Assembly (NCBI GenBank): GCA_040437565.1
Contig: JBDOQK010000058.1
Coordinates: 1-64,000, forward strand
Source: Albugo candida
Taxonomy: Eukaryota
DNA: 64,000 nucleotides
Direction: 5' to 3'
This document shows, piece after piece, positions 47,901-59,270 of the stretch. A program made the position numbers and the translations under genes. A model generated the notes under the pieces. That model had not been told where the DNA came from. It searched no databases and worked only from the letters and a program-made list of their open reading frames with translations. Numbering within the stretch: the stretch's first letter is position 1; each line of letters begins with the position of its first letter.

Positions 47901-48036
47901 CTTCCAATATCCGAGACACCTGATTCCATTGAAGCACATTGTCCGAGGTAATACGCAGGGCGGGTACAGCCCAAATGTAGGAATTATGAGACTCTAGAAA
48001 CTGCACATGCACAGTCAACTCGGTAGTGCTAATCAT
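44794..48036 (-). CDS. 1080-aa multidomain protein: N4BP2/CNPase-type P-loop kinase + 2H phosphoesterase + unassigned C-terminus
   Basis: Kinase: IIILRGIPGSGKSTVAR, ICSADLYF, IVLDNTN, KRNSHGVP..V.QM..RWE. Two HxT motifs follow (AHHVTLFY, YPHITYS). Single intact ORF. Confidence 0.85.
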   Translation of the reverse strand: MISTTELTVHVQFLESHNSYIWAVPALRITSDNVLQWNQVSRILEATFLKWKSQQFSCTIRAFECNKSQLDHPTGTFDSKWDEIAIDTIYKIVQQISLRLQSLELSSTSQLDWYFSSLTGSIDCMRILRRGNARIRSVRLYGKTSGGSTSSQTLLQEILLPHCEAQPQTKTLNISHQLLLDSIKDDRTRVLITEMIQVSNDDDTHHKPWIIILRGIPGSGKSTVARDLSRYLSQIHWKVSICSADLYFERRRGYRFDRNELHKAHKHCFGSFKRDILSSLDPENRDSQHVIVLDNTNVTRREYVKYIDTSRNFCCGRVRIVEVQCSDIGTAYAMAKRNSHGVPISRVLQMWMRWEEDTRSAIVRPVLSREEDCIMAFLTHRLGFEAWSGGPRCSLPNVLYVCLFLSQQERNKIIDTFPPKFRRVLAHHVTLFYNPTREYLRSVNFGSNHIIQAVTICSDVRAHVLKVELDPSSDLLLRQKYPHITYSLAPKVRPVYSGALLKMIDESVKKGIKTEACFLPIDMKLGIQLNVNGASISHVYRSFPWYFRCPTSSKACWSLGKTIQIKQVVVVYVDSPPMTFDLNLSVQDLVQRLICLQRLKHHIGSLCTSLRILCIRSSEQSDAKEIVFLDSIFAPLRPNQLKFHVCEQFISEGPVAEKVEAIITQLVCDVEHIEQINIVYCTFHRESIVLEDNFWLCSALATRFQHSLICYVPLCFSAALLDSMEPRVATCKMRVSSSIDTRHHYRLLDAMDLLDIGPSELIQTQIAQIAHHLAQAVDHAVPDNDIDYTICRVDTSLVALDALESVDMLIMIKTPTNVCLNVLRDKITDWLRIEGNFSHCLVIDPFIYVRLCATSHYVMQHFRLYLCYDEDPEFKGDDPMRKIEEEWKKRYEHCRSQLARVKSQLPQASELFVLLVAFIREVLNRRLGSHKLSTDEGKSSTSIESFVTIASEILVYEFLLQNVEMDNDALKLLRGLECICGFWKFLDRNWERLTLLLREILEEAIQHTSKEFFEVIGQVSRCLSVKCDQDIRCIAFDVSQAAKMLFSMLYDREEVEAERTLVNETDVKAVGEELSELTLK

Positions 48037-48324
48037 GGTGGAGATTTAGCGCTGCTATCGAACGGAATCGATTAAGGCTCCTAGGCATTGGAATGTACGT
48101 AACCGGTTATTGGTAGTCAACTGTCGCGAAGGAATGGTTCTGATGGCGGTTGTGAGGTGAGATAGACAGAGGAAAAATAAGATTATTAAGTTTGGAATGC
48201 GATTTGGTTTAGAACATGCAAAATATGAAGAAATCGAATTGATGGAACGACAATGGGAAACTTTCCAGAATCTGAATGCAATGATGGCAATATGTACGTA
48301 CATCCCACCTGCATAAATTGAGAG

Positions 48325-49017
48325 CTAGTCTTCAAAAGTAGTTAGTCGACGACGTGTCTTTGCAGCGCATTTGCTTCCAGGTGGTGTCCCTGAGGGCGAG
48401 CCTCCGGCAGGTGTTCCGGTGGTTGGTGTCCCGGTGGTTGGTGTTCCCGTGGTTGGTGTTCCCGTGGTTGGTGTTCCTGTGGTTGGTGTTCCCGTGGTTG
48501 GTGTTCCTGTGTTTGGTGTTCCCGTGCCCGCTTCAGGACCGGTTCCAGGTGCGCCCGTTACAGGGCCAGGTTCGTTCTGTGAGGCCGGGTTCTTTGGAGG
48601 ATTTGTAGAGCCACTCGATGAGTTATTGGAACATTTGTAGGAAGTATATGGGGTTTCTAAATTAAATTCGATCACGCCTTTTTCTGCCTTTTCTATGAGG
48701 CAGCATGGATCACATAAATAAAGTCCATTTATCCACTTTGAATCATGTTTTAAATCTGTGCTTATTTCCGTACCCTGACACAATGAAAGTGTCCATTTCT
48801 TGCCACCATCGAAAAATGCTTGAGCAAAAGCGCCTGGATCAGTACCCAATGTCGGATGACCAATCCGTTGCTTGTCTCCTTTGTCAATTGAAGTACTGTC
48901 CTTGCAATTATCAAATGGAAGTGATGCGGCAATTTGCTCTGTTCCATATGCCATCGAGATGTATGATATAGCAATGCCTGCAGTGAGAATGGATGGGGTG
49001 CTGATTTTTGTAAACAT
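48325..49017 (-). CDS. Secreted protein with Cys-containing N-terminal domain and Thr/Pro/Gly repeat tail (230 aa)
   Basis: Hydrophobic N-terminal segment ILTAGIAISYISMAYG, six Cys before the tail, eight TGTPx pentapeptides, and a basic end KCAAKTRRRL. Confidence 0.8.
   Translation of the reverse strand: MFTKISTPSILTAGIAISYISMAYGTEQIAASLPFDNCKDSTSIDKGDKQRIGHPTLGTDPGAFAQAFFDGGKKWTLSLCQGTEISTDLKHDSKWINGLYLCDPCCLIEKAEKGVIEFNLETPYTSYKCSNNSSSGSTNPPKNPASQNEPGPVTGAPGTGPEAGTGTPNTGTPTTGTPTTGTPTTGTPTTGTPTTGTPTTGTPAGGSPSGTPPGSKCAAKTRRRLTTFED
48408..48527 (-). repeat. 15-bp coding minisatellite (TGTPx x8)
   Basis: GGTGTTCCYGTGGTT-type units are repeated in tandem, varying mostly at synonymous positions. 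Confidence 0.95.
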
Positions 49018-49319
49018 AGTGTCAAGTCTTTCTTTTTTTAATGACAAGTAGCGATCGAATTGAAAAGTGAGCATTTGGAAGAGGATCCAAAGTACATCCC
49101 ACCCGTGGTCTAGCCACGTTTGTCATCCACGTAATGATGAGTCGTAAAGAAAAAAACACGTCACGCATTCTACTGGCATGTGGAGGAAGACACGTTACTG
49201 TTCTACTTACAGAAGGCACACCGGTCGAATTCTTGTCTATAGAAATTTATAGGACCTGACTAGATTGTTCTCAACTAGCGCCTTTACTGACACGTGTATC
49301 TACCACATCAAATTTTAGT

Positions 49320-50943
49320 TTATACGCCAACTTTGGTCACAAAAACATTGGCATAAAAGCGATCTAACAGACGTTGTGCTCCCTGGAAGTATGGAAATTG
49401 AAGCCACAACAGTATGAGTAATTTGGCATGATAAAATAGTGGCATCCAGGAAAACGCTTGCTCCACCCCATAGTAGGTGTACTCAACACTTGCTAGCACG
49501 ATGTAATAGCATAACCACCATTCGTATCGTTTGAGTTGATTCGAGCGATGTAAAGTGAGGATGACACTGTGTGCTGGGAAGCCAAATCCGATAATGTAAC
49601 ATCCGCGTGATGTGATAAAACCAGGAGTAAACAGAAAGATAAGACCACATAATGCAGGTCCCTGGGACCATACGTCTTGTAATACTGCGATATGGCGCTC
49701 GGAAATGTTAGAAATCGCCATGAATGTTCTGAGGATTAAATTGCTTCGAGCCGTAGTTTCAGACTGTGCGTTCGTCATGTTTGCTTGTCCAAAATGACCC
49801 CATCGAGTAGTCGTACAAGGCTGATAAAAGCGCGAGATCACATAATACAGCATACTACTTCCACGCAAAATTGGTAATTGCAGCCATAACAGAAACAAAT
49901 TGGACCAATACTTTGAAGGTTTGATGTAGGCAGTGACAAATGACGGAATAAAAAAGGAACTAATACTCATAAGACAGAACCCACATGACCATACAATCCA
50001 AAATCGCAGCTCGTACTGCAATGTATTCTTTTCGCTGTCCATAGAACTTTGTACTTCACGCGTACTTGATCTAGTGGTACGCTGAATAGGAACACTGGAC
50101 GTACTCGAAGCATTAGCGACTTTGATTCGGAAGCTTCGGAGCACACTAATGGACCGAACCAGCGGAAGTATCACCAGTAAGATATTAGTTACTAGATCGC
50201 TGCTCAATAGTGTAGTAAAAATCGAGTTTGGAGCGTATACTGGCAATGCATACGCTACTCCAGAGTAAAGTACGTGCGGCAATAAAATCATTGCCACTCG
50301 AGATTTTGCACTCAGTGACGTCAAAAATGCGCGATATCGCTGCCGACATGCTCTTATAAAGATAGTGCATCGAGCTTTTGCGGTATGAACATACCCTTTT
50401 CGCACAACCACCACGATCAAGAGGATTGTCACTCCTAAAAGAAGCTGATAATACCACTCTAATCTTAATACGACCTGACTGAGTGCTTGTGCCAAAGATA
50501 ATGCATGTGGAAGCAAAGCATCCACTATAACGGATAGCGTACGAAGCAATGGAATAGCGGCCAAATGGTAGAAGCGGACCCACAGTAAAATACAATCCAT
50601 AGTTCCGACGACAGCATCATAAAATGCCCTCCACAGGGCCTCCCACTTGATATCTGAAAGATACTCTGGGATATGACTTGATATATTGAATTTCGGATTG
50701 TTCAAATAGAACGAGCGAAACATTATATCATGCTCTGGCTACAAACGCTTTCGTAAAGACACTTATGGTCAGATATAGAGAAATACATACTTGCTGCAAT
50801 GAAGGAGCTTTACATGTTGGATGTTCCATGTGTACTATATCGTCTTTTTTCCATTCACTTCCGCATTCTGCATCCAAATCGTTCGCGAATGCGAGGGAAC
50901 TGAGCACAAGTAAGGCTGCCAATTTCTGACACCAATGCATCAT
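49320..50943 (-). CDS. Multi-pass membrane protein with TB2/DP1/HVA22 (REEP-like) domain(s) and N-terminal signal peptide
   Basis: C-terminal EWWLCYYIV..FSWMPLFYHAKLLILLWLQFPYFQGA, and a similar internal segment LRFWIVWS..FLLWLQLPILRGS. Exon 1 (MMHWCQKLAALLVLSSLAFA) joins in frame via a GT-AG intron at 50790-50739. Confidence 0.75.
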
Positions 50944-51150
50944 ATTTCCTAACTGGCTGTTATCCGTATGGATGGTCAAATAACTCGTGTTATGTTACCG
51001 GTTTTGNNNNNNNNNNNNNNNNNNNNNNNNNNNNNNNNNNNNNNNNNNNNNNNNNNNNNNNNNNNNNNNNNNNNNNNNNNNNNNNNNNNNNNNNNNNNNN
51101 NNNNNNGGATGGTCAAATAACTCGTGTTATGTTACCGGTTTTGATCGGTC

Positions 51151-52345
51151 ATGCAGAAACTTCGCGGCCATGAGTTTTTTCGTTCTATCGGCTCGCCGCA
51201 ACGAATTGTTGCTCCGATGGTCGACCAATCCGAGCTAGCATTTCGCATGCTTTGCCGCGAGCATGGCGCACAACTTTGCTACACGCCAATGTTTCACAGT
51301 CGTCTATTCGCAGAGAGCCAAGAGTATCGATCTCGAATGTTTGAGCAGCATGTTCGCGATCGACCGCTGATTGTGCAGGTAACAAACTCAATTTGATATA
51401 ATTAAGGAAAAATAAAAGGCTGATAATGCTAGTTCTGTGGAAACGATCCCGAAACTATGGTAACTGCTGCAAAGTATGTGGAAGGTCATTGCGATGCGGT
51501 TGATATAAATTTGGGGTGTCCACAGGTAAGCGTTTGACAGTGAGCCAGAGACGTCTTACAAAATTCATACTGGTTAGGGAATAGCTCGTAAGGGAAATTA
51601 CGGTGCATTTTTGATGAAAGATAAAGCGCGCGTGTGTGAAATCGTTGAGAAATTGGTGGATGAAGTGGCAGTGCCTGTCACGTGCAAAATTCGAGTATTT
51701 CCTGATGAAGCAGAAACGATAGAATTTACAAAAATGCTTGAAAAAGCCGGTTGTGATCTTCTTGTGGTTCATGGGCGCACAAAAGAAATGAACAAGGGTA
51801 CGGTCGGTCAAGTGAATTGGGAGATTATCAAAAAAATCAAGAATGCACTTTCCATTCCCGTTATAGCCAACGGAGGTATTGAGACACCAGAAGACATTGC
51901 GGAGTGCCTCGAGGTAACAGGCGCTGACGGTGTGATGAGCTCGGAAGCAATATTGGGGAATCCAGCGTTATTTGACAAATCACTTCAATTTGGTCCTCTT
52001 CATCAAAAAGGCCCATGCTACTTTGATCTGGCAAACGAATACATGGATTTTGTTACTACGTACCCAACCGGAAATTTAAAAATCGTGCGAGCTCATCTCT
52101 TCAAACTTCTTTTTGAAGATTTGACCCACCACACTGACCTTCGAAGCGCTCTTGCAAGCGCCAATACCTTCAGTGAGATGAAGCATTTGCTTCAGGTACT
52201 GGGAGATCGAAAGAATGCACCGGTCCAATACGAATACACTCTGGAGAATAGTTGGTATCGAAGGCACCGAAAAAATAGACAGAAACCGGCGGAAGATACT
52301 TTTGAAAAGGTATCGGAAACTGGATTCGGGCAACTTTTTGCTTGA
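51151..52345 (+). CDS. DUS1: tRNA-dihydrouridine synthase 1
   Basis: VAPMVDQSELAFRML, YTPM, DRPLIVQ|FCGND, DINLGCPQ|GIARKGNYGAFLM, PVTCKIR, VHGRT, VIANGG, DGVMSSE. Two short introns. Confidence 0.93.
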
Positions 52346-55300
52346 GTTAGGAAGGTGCTAGCAGCGTAATTACTGGTTGCAAAATAGAATAGATTGAAGC
52401 TCATACAGCTCTGTTCGAATTTCACGATGTTCAAGTGCAGGCTTCCGTTGATATTGTCTGATTGAGTAGATTGAATCATCCCAATTTGTTGCACTTCAAT
52501 TTGATAAGATGATGGACTCGGCACATGCTTATTTGTAAGTATGACCCCAACCGGCTTTATAAACCCGATAGTATGGTGCCAAGCAATTTGATCAAAAACA
52601 GTACAGGAGTCAAATTGTCTAGCTATCTAAACTTGCACTTTTATGATTTTACTGCAGACTTGCGCTTTACCCTTCATTTAGCAGCGGCGGTAATCCAGCT
52701 GTACAATCAGATACCAGAGTCACATTTGAAATAAAAAAACGATCGCGACGTCAAAGGAGCAAGTCGGTGTATGTTTGTGTATAGACTGTCAGCAGTGCGA
52801 AATCATCCTAATTGAAGTCTTTACACCCCAGTTACATCGGACTACGTGTCATAAGAATTTTCACTGTCAAGTGTAGGCTGCAGGTTTAACATGATGCGGC
52901 GCTCAAATAGTAAGGAAAAATTTGCCGGGTACTCGAGTCTCGGGATGTAGATATTCACCTCTGGAATCGAATTGGCTTACTGAGAGAAATCCAACAAGCA
53001 AGAAATGATTATGTGCTCGGTTTCAACAATTTCAACAAGAGTTGAGCGCGTTAAAACTCGGTTGCAGCCTAAAGTTGAATAACTGGTTTAGCTTTATACC
53101 ATCAAAATTTGTTGACCTACATCCCCAATAGATTTTAGGTATCGCAGCTCAGGATTTAGCATTTCCGTGCTAAGTTGGGCTTCTTGCTAGGACTATCCTT
53201 AGTTGTGGTAGTCTCTTGATTTGTCTTTTCTATTTTCGACCTGGATCGGGGAAGACTTTGAATTTCAGTAGATACAAAAGATCTAAGCGAGAATGTTTGC
53301 AGAAGCTGATCTTTTGGATGTCAGCTTTGGCCAACAAATCCTAGGGCCACGGATTTCAAAGGATTGTTTGATATGGTGGCATTTCGTCAAAAGCTCTCTT
53401 TGGAAGCAATGAACATCGGATTCGAGGCAAGAGTTTCCGACATCTGACACTAAGAAAACTGGCGCGTTGCTTAGCAACGGCGCGTGAAGCTTCCATCACA
53501 AAGCACCTTGAATCTCTGTTGCAGATTTGCTCAACGCGATATGATGTCCGTGCAAGCTTTTGTGCAAGTCAAGGATATCAAGGCAATATATGCTTGTTCG
53601 TTTGATAATCGCAATCGTTACATCTAAATATTTTGAAGCTTTGTGGCCCCTTCAGATCACTCGTGATATTGATCTGGTCGTCGAGCAGCTTCGTGTTGTG
53701 CAGTCAATCAATATCATATAAAATCCGCGATCGCATTTGTGAATTTTTCCAGTACACCTGCGCATTGTATCATATCACATGTCGACGTTGCGCTGCATCA
53801 TTAAAGATTGTACAAAAAACTACTAGTGTAGGGCACGGCATGCGAAAGACGATACATGTTTACGAAAGCAATGACGTCATCTAGGAATCAGGCAAACAAT
53901 CCAGTAAAAGAGTCAGTAGGCTTAGACTAGCACAGGGCTGTGAACTAAGGACCTTATCGAACTTCACTTTTCGTTTTTACCAGCTCGGACACTACAACTA
54001 GCTTCTACAGCACTGAAAGAGTGATAAAAGCGCGCTCTAACTTAGAACAGATTCGGAATAAGAAGCGACGATGCGATATTACTTTGAGCCCATAATCGCC
54101 TGTATCTTGAGAGATGCATATTCTGAAGGGTTGCTTTCCTTCCTCTGTTACAAGGATTGGCGATAAGTCATATTACCGAAACACTGGTATCTACCTTAGC
54201 TTTGAAGACGGAAAAAGACATATACCGAATTCAGTTCTTGTTGGAGGAGCACTTCGGAGTTATCGAGCTGAATCTTCCATAGATCGAATGCGTCATAAAG
54301 AACGGTAATAGCGGTAAAAGCTAACAAATAAGAAAACGATCAGCTGTGGATATGATATCGATACAATCATGAAGTATTCATGTCTTACATCGAGAATAAA
54401 GGTTCTACCACAGAGACATATTATTATTCTATTCTACTCATTAGTGCGGATTTGGTTCAGCTTGCCTGATTCTGGAATACCTTGTCGAGATAGACCAAGC
54501 CTTTTCTTCGTCTAAATTCAGCTCAGTAGTAGTTTCTGGAATGTGGCGTAACATAGATGATGGAAACCGTCCACACTTCATTTCTGCAACGAATATTTCA
54601 TGGATAGTTTGACGGCTTCATGTTCTTTCGATGATCACTTTCTACATCTTGGTCGCAGATGGTCTAGAATTGGGTGCAGCGCTGCCTAATTTACAAATTT
54701 ATCAAAAACAAGTATTGCACGGACTATGACTTCTTTGATGTAACGATGAAAGCTCTTTTATGAGGGTAATCAAAACGAGCATCAGACAAATAATGTTCTG
54801 AACAGGTTGTGCGTGTAGATTGTGTCAGTTTCGATAATGATGCTAGAATGACTTTAGCAATGACGGTGCAAATGATAGTTTGTTCTCATATACCTACTTG
54901 TTATATGCCAGCATCATACGTCTATATAGAATGCTGCTCTTTTAGCAATGCCCCATTTCTTGATTGCAGTAGTTCTCACTCATTATGACAATGTCTACGT
55001 CTACTGAGATGCAGCTCTGAGATGCAGCTCTCAACTTGATGGTGTATTGATACTCTTTGCACAATAGACACATCAGCAAGTGGCTATTTCTATTTCTGAG
55101 AAAAAAGAAGTGCTTCGTGTTGGTAAATTTCATTCATCTTTATAAGATATCACGACTAGATTTGGACCCACCCAAACATTATTTCCAAGACAATTGTTCG
55201 TCATTTTATACCAGGGTATGTCTGTGTTACTCTTTCTTGCGCTTAAGAGCATGCAAACGAAAAAATATAGACAAATGGCGAGGTATGACAGCCGGCTACA

Positions 55301-56180
55301 TCGCTTTGAGCAGTTACTCCAGCCAAGGGTACCTTTGGAATTACCCGACGTGCACAGGTAATGGAAAGATTGGGAATTAGGTATATATGCACATAATATG
55401 GCATTTGGATCTCGTCTTCCATTCCTGCTATCTTGCGCCTCTTGAGCTTGGATTGATCTGGTGAAGGTAATTATATCATCCATAGTCTGAGATGAGAACA
55501 CCGGGCTACATAGTAACGATCTTGTTCAAGTTGAGTACCAACGGCTAATCATGGTCTGATAGCGATAGTGTGCCCCATCAGACATTCAGCGTCTTTCTGA
55601 TTCTGTTTCTATATCCTAGCAAATATCAGTTGAAATCGATCCTTGCTTGGTGCTTTGCGCTACCGCTGCCTCGAGCAGCAGATAAACGCCATGTGGTGGC
55701 CCGTTTATATGAATTATTTATTTATTTTTTCATCCGGCTTTATCTCGCTAATCACGAAAGGCGAAAGTTTTCGAGAAAAGCGGGCTCAGTAGTTCAAGCA
55801 GACTAAAACATGGCAAGTTACCAGCAAATTTTTTGAAATGAATGCAAGCAGAAAACCAAGAATGAGCTCGATAACTACTAAACGACATTTGGCTGAGTGT
55901 GCAGTATCCAGAATAGTAGTCGAATGATAGCAGCTCAGATTACAAGTCCAAGAAGACCTAAGGAATACCCATGTTTATGCACGCAATTGCATTTCACAAA
56001 CTGCCATGTGCTACATCCAAACGCTTCAACAGCTTCTAAAACCAATAATTATCATGCTCCACACGAAACGGCCTTCCGTCTCTGCACCATCTGGCCATGT
56101 TACTGCGTTGCTCATAAAAGGAGGATATGCGACCTCATTTTCTTTTCCAGCCAGATCAAAATCAATCAACACAACTCGCT

Positions 56181-57680
56181 TTAACTTGACATTCCATAAG
56201 ACATGTTCTTCACGAAATCTCCATGAACGAATTTCATGTCACACAAACGCTTTTGTATGGTCTGTAAATCATCGAGAATTTTAAGCTTATATTCGTTCAC
56301 AACGTCAGTGAGAAGTTGAAACTGATCAATTTTTTCCATGACGATAAAATACCACCCACTTGGTAGCTCCTCACATAAAAGCAACTTTGGCGCAAAGCCT
56401 TCAAGTGCACAAAACTCGTGAACTTCTTTGCCGTATTGGGTCGCAACATTCACGATAACTTTCTGTTCATTTTTTTATTTTCGCAACGAAAACATTTGGT
56501 GTGAATACGCTATCATATTGGAGGGTGGTGGTTGTACCATCTATGTTTGCGGTATTCTTGTATGGGAATTGGGTCTGATCAAAAGCCATTTTACGAGTTC
56601 CCGAACAAAACCGATGAAGCTCTTCCAGTCCAACTTTCAGAGATCTTAATAGTCTTGCTAGACTTCTTCACATTTTTTCATTCATGGTAAAGAACAATGG
56701 ATTAGATACGACCAATGGTTCGCAGATAGCAATTCCATCTTCAACATTAACAATACCAAACACACTTACTACGGAGTCACATATATCCTCCAAGAAGCAT
56801 GGAAGTTGACAATGATGTAATGAGCGACATTCTTCATAATCGGATCACCTGAAGTTGCTTCTCTCTTAAGTGTGACCTCCAGATTCAACAGCAGGTGCTC
56901 ACCACACATATAAGATTCACCTGTTGTCGAGCGTCTGTCAATTTCGTTAACCATGGTGCTATCATCATGATCCAAGAGATAATCTTCTAGTACCTTCCCA
57001 CGCTAGATTCCGCTCCATTTGTATACGTAGTAGAAACTTCGTGACGCACTTCACGCACAAGATCATAATCCTGTCCCTCGATTTTGATTCGCTGGCAGTT
57101 GTAATCAAACCGAGCAAATGTTTCATTAAGCAGGACAATTGGGAGTCAATTGATTTTGTGGTCTGCGTCGACCAATCAATAGCATTGAATTTGACCTGGA
57201 TACTTTTTGAGAATGTTCTTCCATCCGTATCTACCACTGCATTCCCCAAAAAAAGGATGGAACGACGTCCTTTCAAGTCGTCTAGTTTTGTTTTGCGGGG
57301 CGTCAGCCACGCATCCTGTGTGGGCAGTTTCACCAGTATATGAATGACTTGAGATGAATCATTTATTCCATGGAACACATCCATGATAGGTTCCATTGAT
57401 GGCAGCTCTTTCCCTTAAATGAGATCTTGTACATGGTTTATGTTCCCTTGACTCAACAACTCGACATCATCAGAAGCGTCAGCAAGCCACATGCCGTTTC
57501 TGACGGCGAGATAAAGTCGTAATTCATCTGCATCACATTTTATCGTTGTGGGCTTTTTCTTCTTGATTTCTTCCTGCAAATCACTGACTGTTTTATGGTC
57601 ATCAATTTTCACTGAAAATGCGTTCCCCCTAATAGCTTCATTCATTGGGTGACCAATAAAAATGCAGTAGCAATTAGCAT
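56181..57680 (-). pseudogene. Crinkler (CRN) effector pseudogene with REase-like and kinase-like C-terminus
   Basis: N-terminus YCIFIG..GNAFSVKID..TVSDLQEEIK..CDADELRLYLA..WL (LxLFLAK variant) and VIHILVKLP (HVLVxxP). C-terminal LLNLEV..GDPIMKNVAHY and YGKEVHEFCALEGFAPKLL..IVME..FVHGDF. Several stops and frameshifts. Confidence 0.88.
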
Positions 57681-59270
57681 ATCCAATTGATTATTCCGAA
57701 TGTTTAATCTCTGACCTCGAAGTGCATGAATTTTGGATTAATATATATGTTCTTCCTGCCGAATAGATGCATTCAATTCATGCGAAAAAATTGCATAACT
57801 TTCATTCATGGCGTTTAGGTTGATTTTTGTGCATCTCTACAGAAAGACTCGTAGCTATATACATGCAAAAACAAGAAAAGATCAAATGTTTCCCTGAATC
57901 AGTATCGCATAGCCACTAAATGCATCGAATCTCGTAAAATGTTTAACATAAAGTTCTCAAACATTCGAGAGGTGCCTGCTTTTAGACAAAGTGTTGGAAG
58001 ATAGTCGAAATGCGGTCCACGCGACATTGGAAGAGTTCGGCACAGGCGACTCTTCGTCGCTATGATGTCATTTAGCGACCGTGCTGTTTGGAATAGTGCG
58101 CGATGTTGTAGTCTGTATGCGGACAGGATACATAAGAAATGCATGATAATAGTTAGTAACAGTTTCACATTTGCACTCAAACACGGAGGCAGGGCAGATT
58201 TTATACAAGTAGACTGAAATCCATACGTGTCCAACTCTGTCCATTTTGGTGATTGTCAGAATACTTTTATGCCACGACGAAGTATTCATTTACGCCACAC
58301 ATGTTTACGCTGCCGCGTACTCGAAAGAAAATCACAGCAGGATGTAGGTTCTATATTTCATCATCATAATACTGGCGTAGCTGTGAATGTCTCATCTTCA
58401 GGAATGGCGCGGTTTGCTCGGTAAAGCAAATTCGCTTTGCTGTAGATATTGAATTTCATCTCTTGATGAACTGGGTCAGTTGAGGTAACAAGCTTAAATT
58501 TCTTAATGAGCTATTGCATAGCAATAGAAAATTGCAAGATGCTAGCTTACCACTTCGTCGAACGTTAAAAAAAGCTGCTTGAAAAAAAGCTGTACTTATA
58601 CCGTTTGCTGTGTATCTAGCAATCATACATCGGTTTAAGCTGACCCAGTCATCTTCTGGTCATCAGCAAGCTCATTCTAGAAAATCGCATCATTTCTTAT
58701 AGTGCCTTCCGTTTTTACCAGAATGTCAGATATCCGGTTGAGTTATATGTCGTCGCACTGTTTCGGAAGCCGTACGTAGCTACCAATGTCGTTCACACAT
58801 GCAAATATTTTGCTTGTATTCCTGTTCTTTCCTCCTCCAGCAAATTGTTGTAATTCAGGTGGAATTCTTGCCGGTCATGAAAGCATGAAAGCCAAGAGAG
58901 ACTGCATCTTATTAGGCGTTTGATATCCAAATACTCGAAGATAAATCGACACTCCAAATTCTTATCAAAGGCGTATAAAAATGACTCGAAATACATTTCA
59001 GGATTACTCACAACCCATATTTTTGTCTAATGTCGAGGTGGCGTTCATCACTAGCATACATTTCTGTTACAATAAACAGTTTGAATATGAACATAAAAAC
59101 CCGAGCTGAAAATGTAATTTTCTGCATAAACTTTCCTCTTCCATCACTGATATGAGATACAGTATCAAGGNNNNNNNNNNNNNNNNNNNNNNNNNNNNNN
59201 NNNNNNNNNNNNNNNNNNNNNNNNNNNNNNNNNNNNNNNNNNNNNNNNNNNNNNNNNNNNNNNNNNNNNN

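Noticed and set aside
48354..48640. Plus-strand ORFs with VGVPV or WLVFP repeats resembling elastin
   Set aside because: These are antisense shadows of the TGTPT repeat gene, which has a signal peptide and a proper start.
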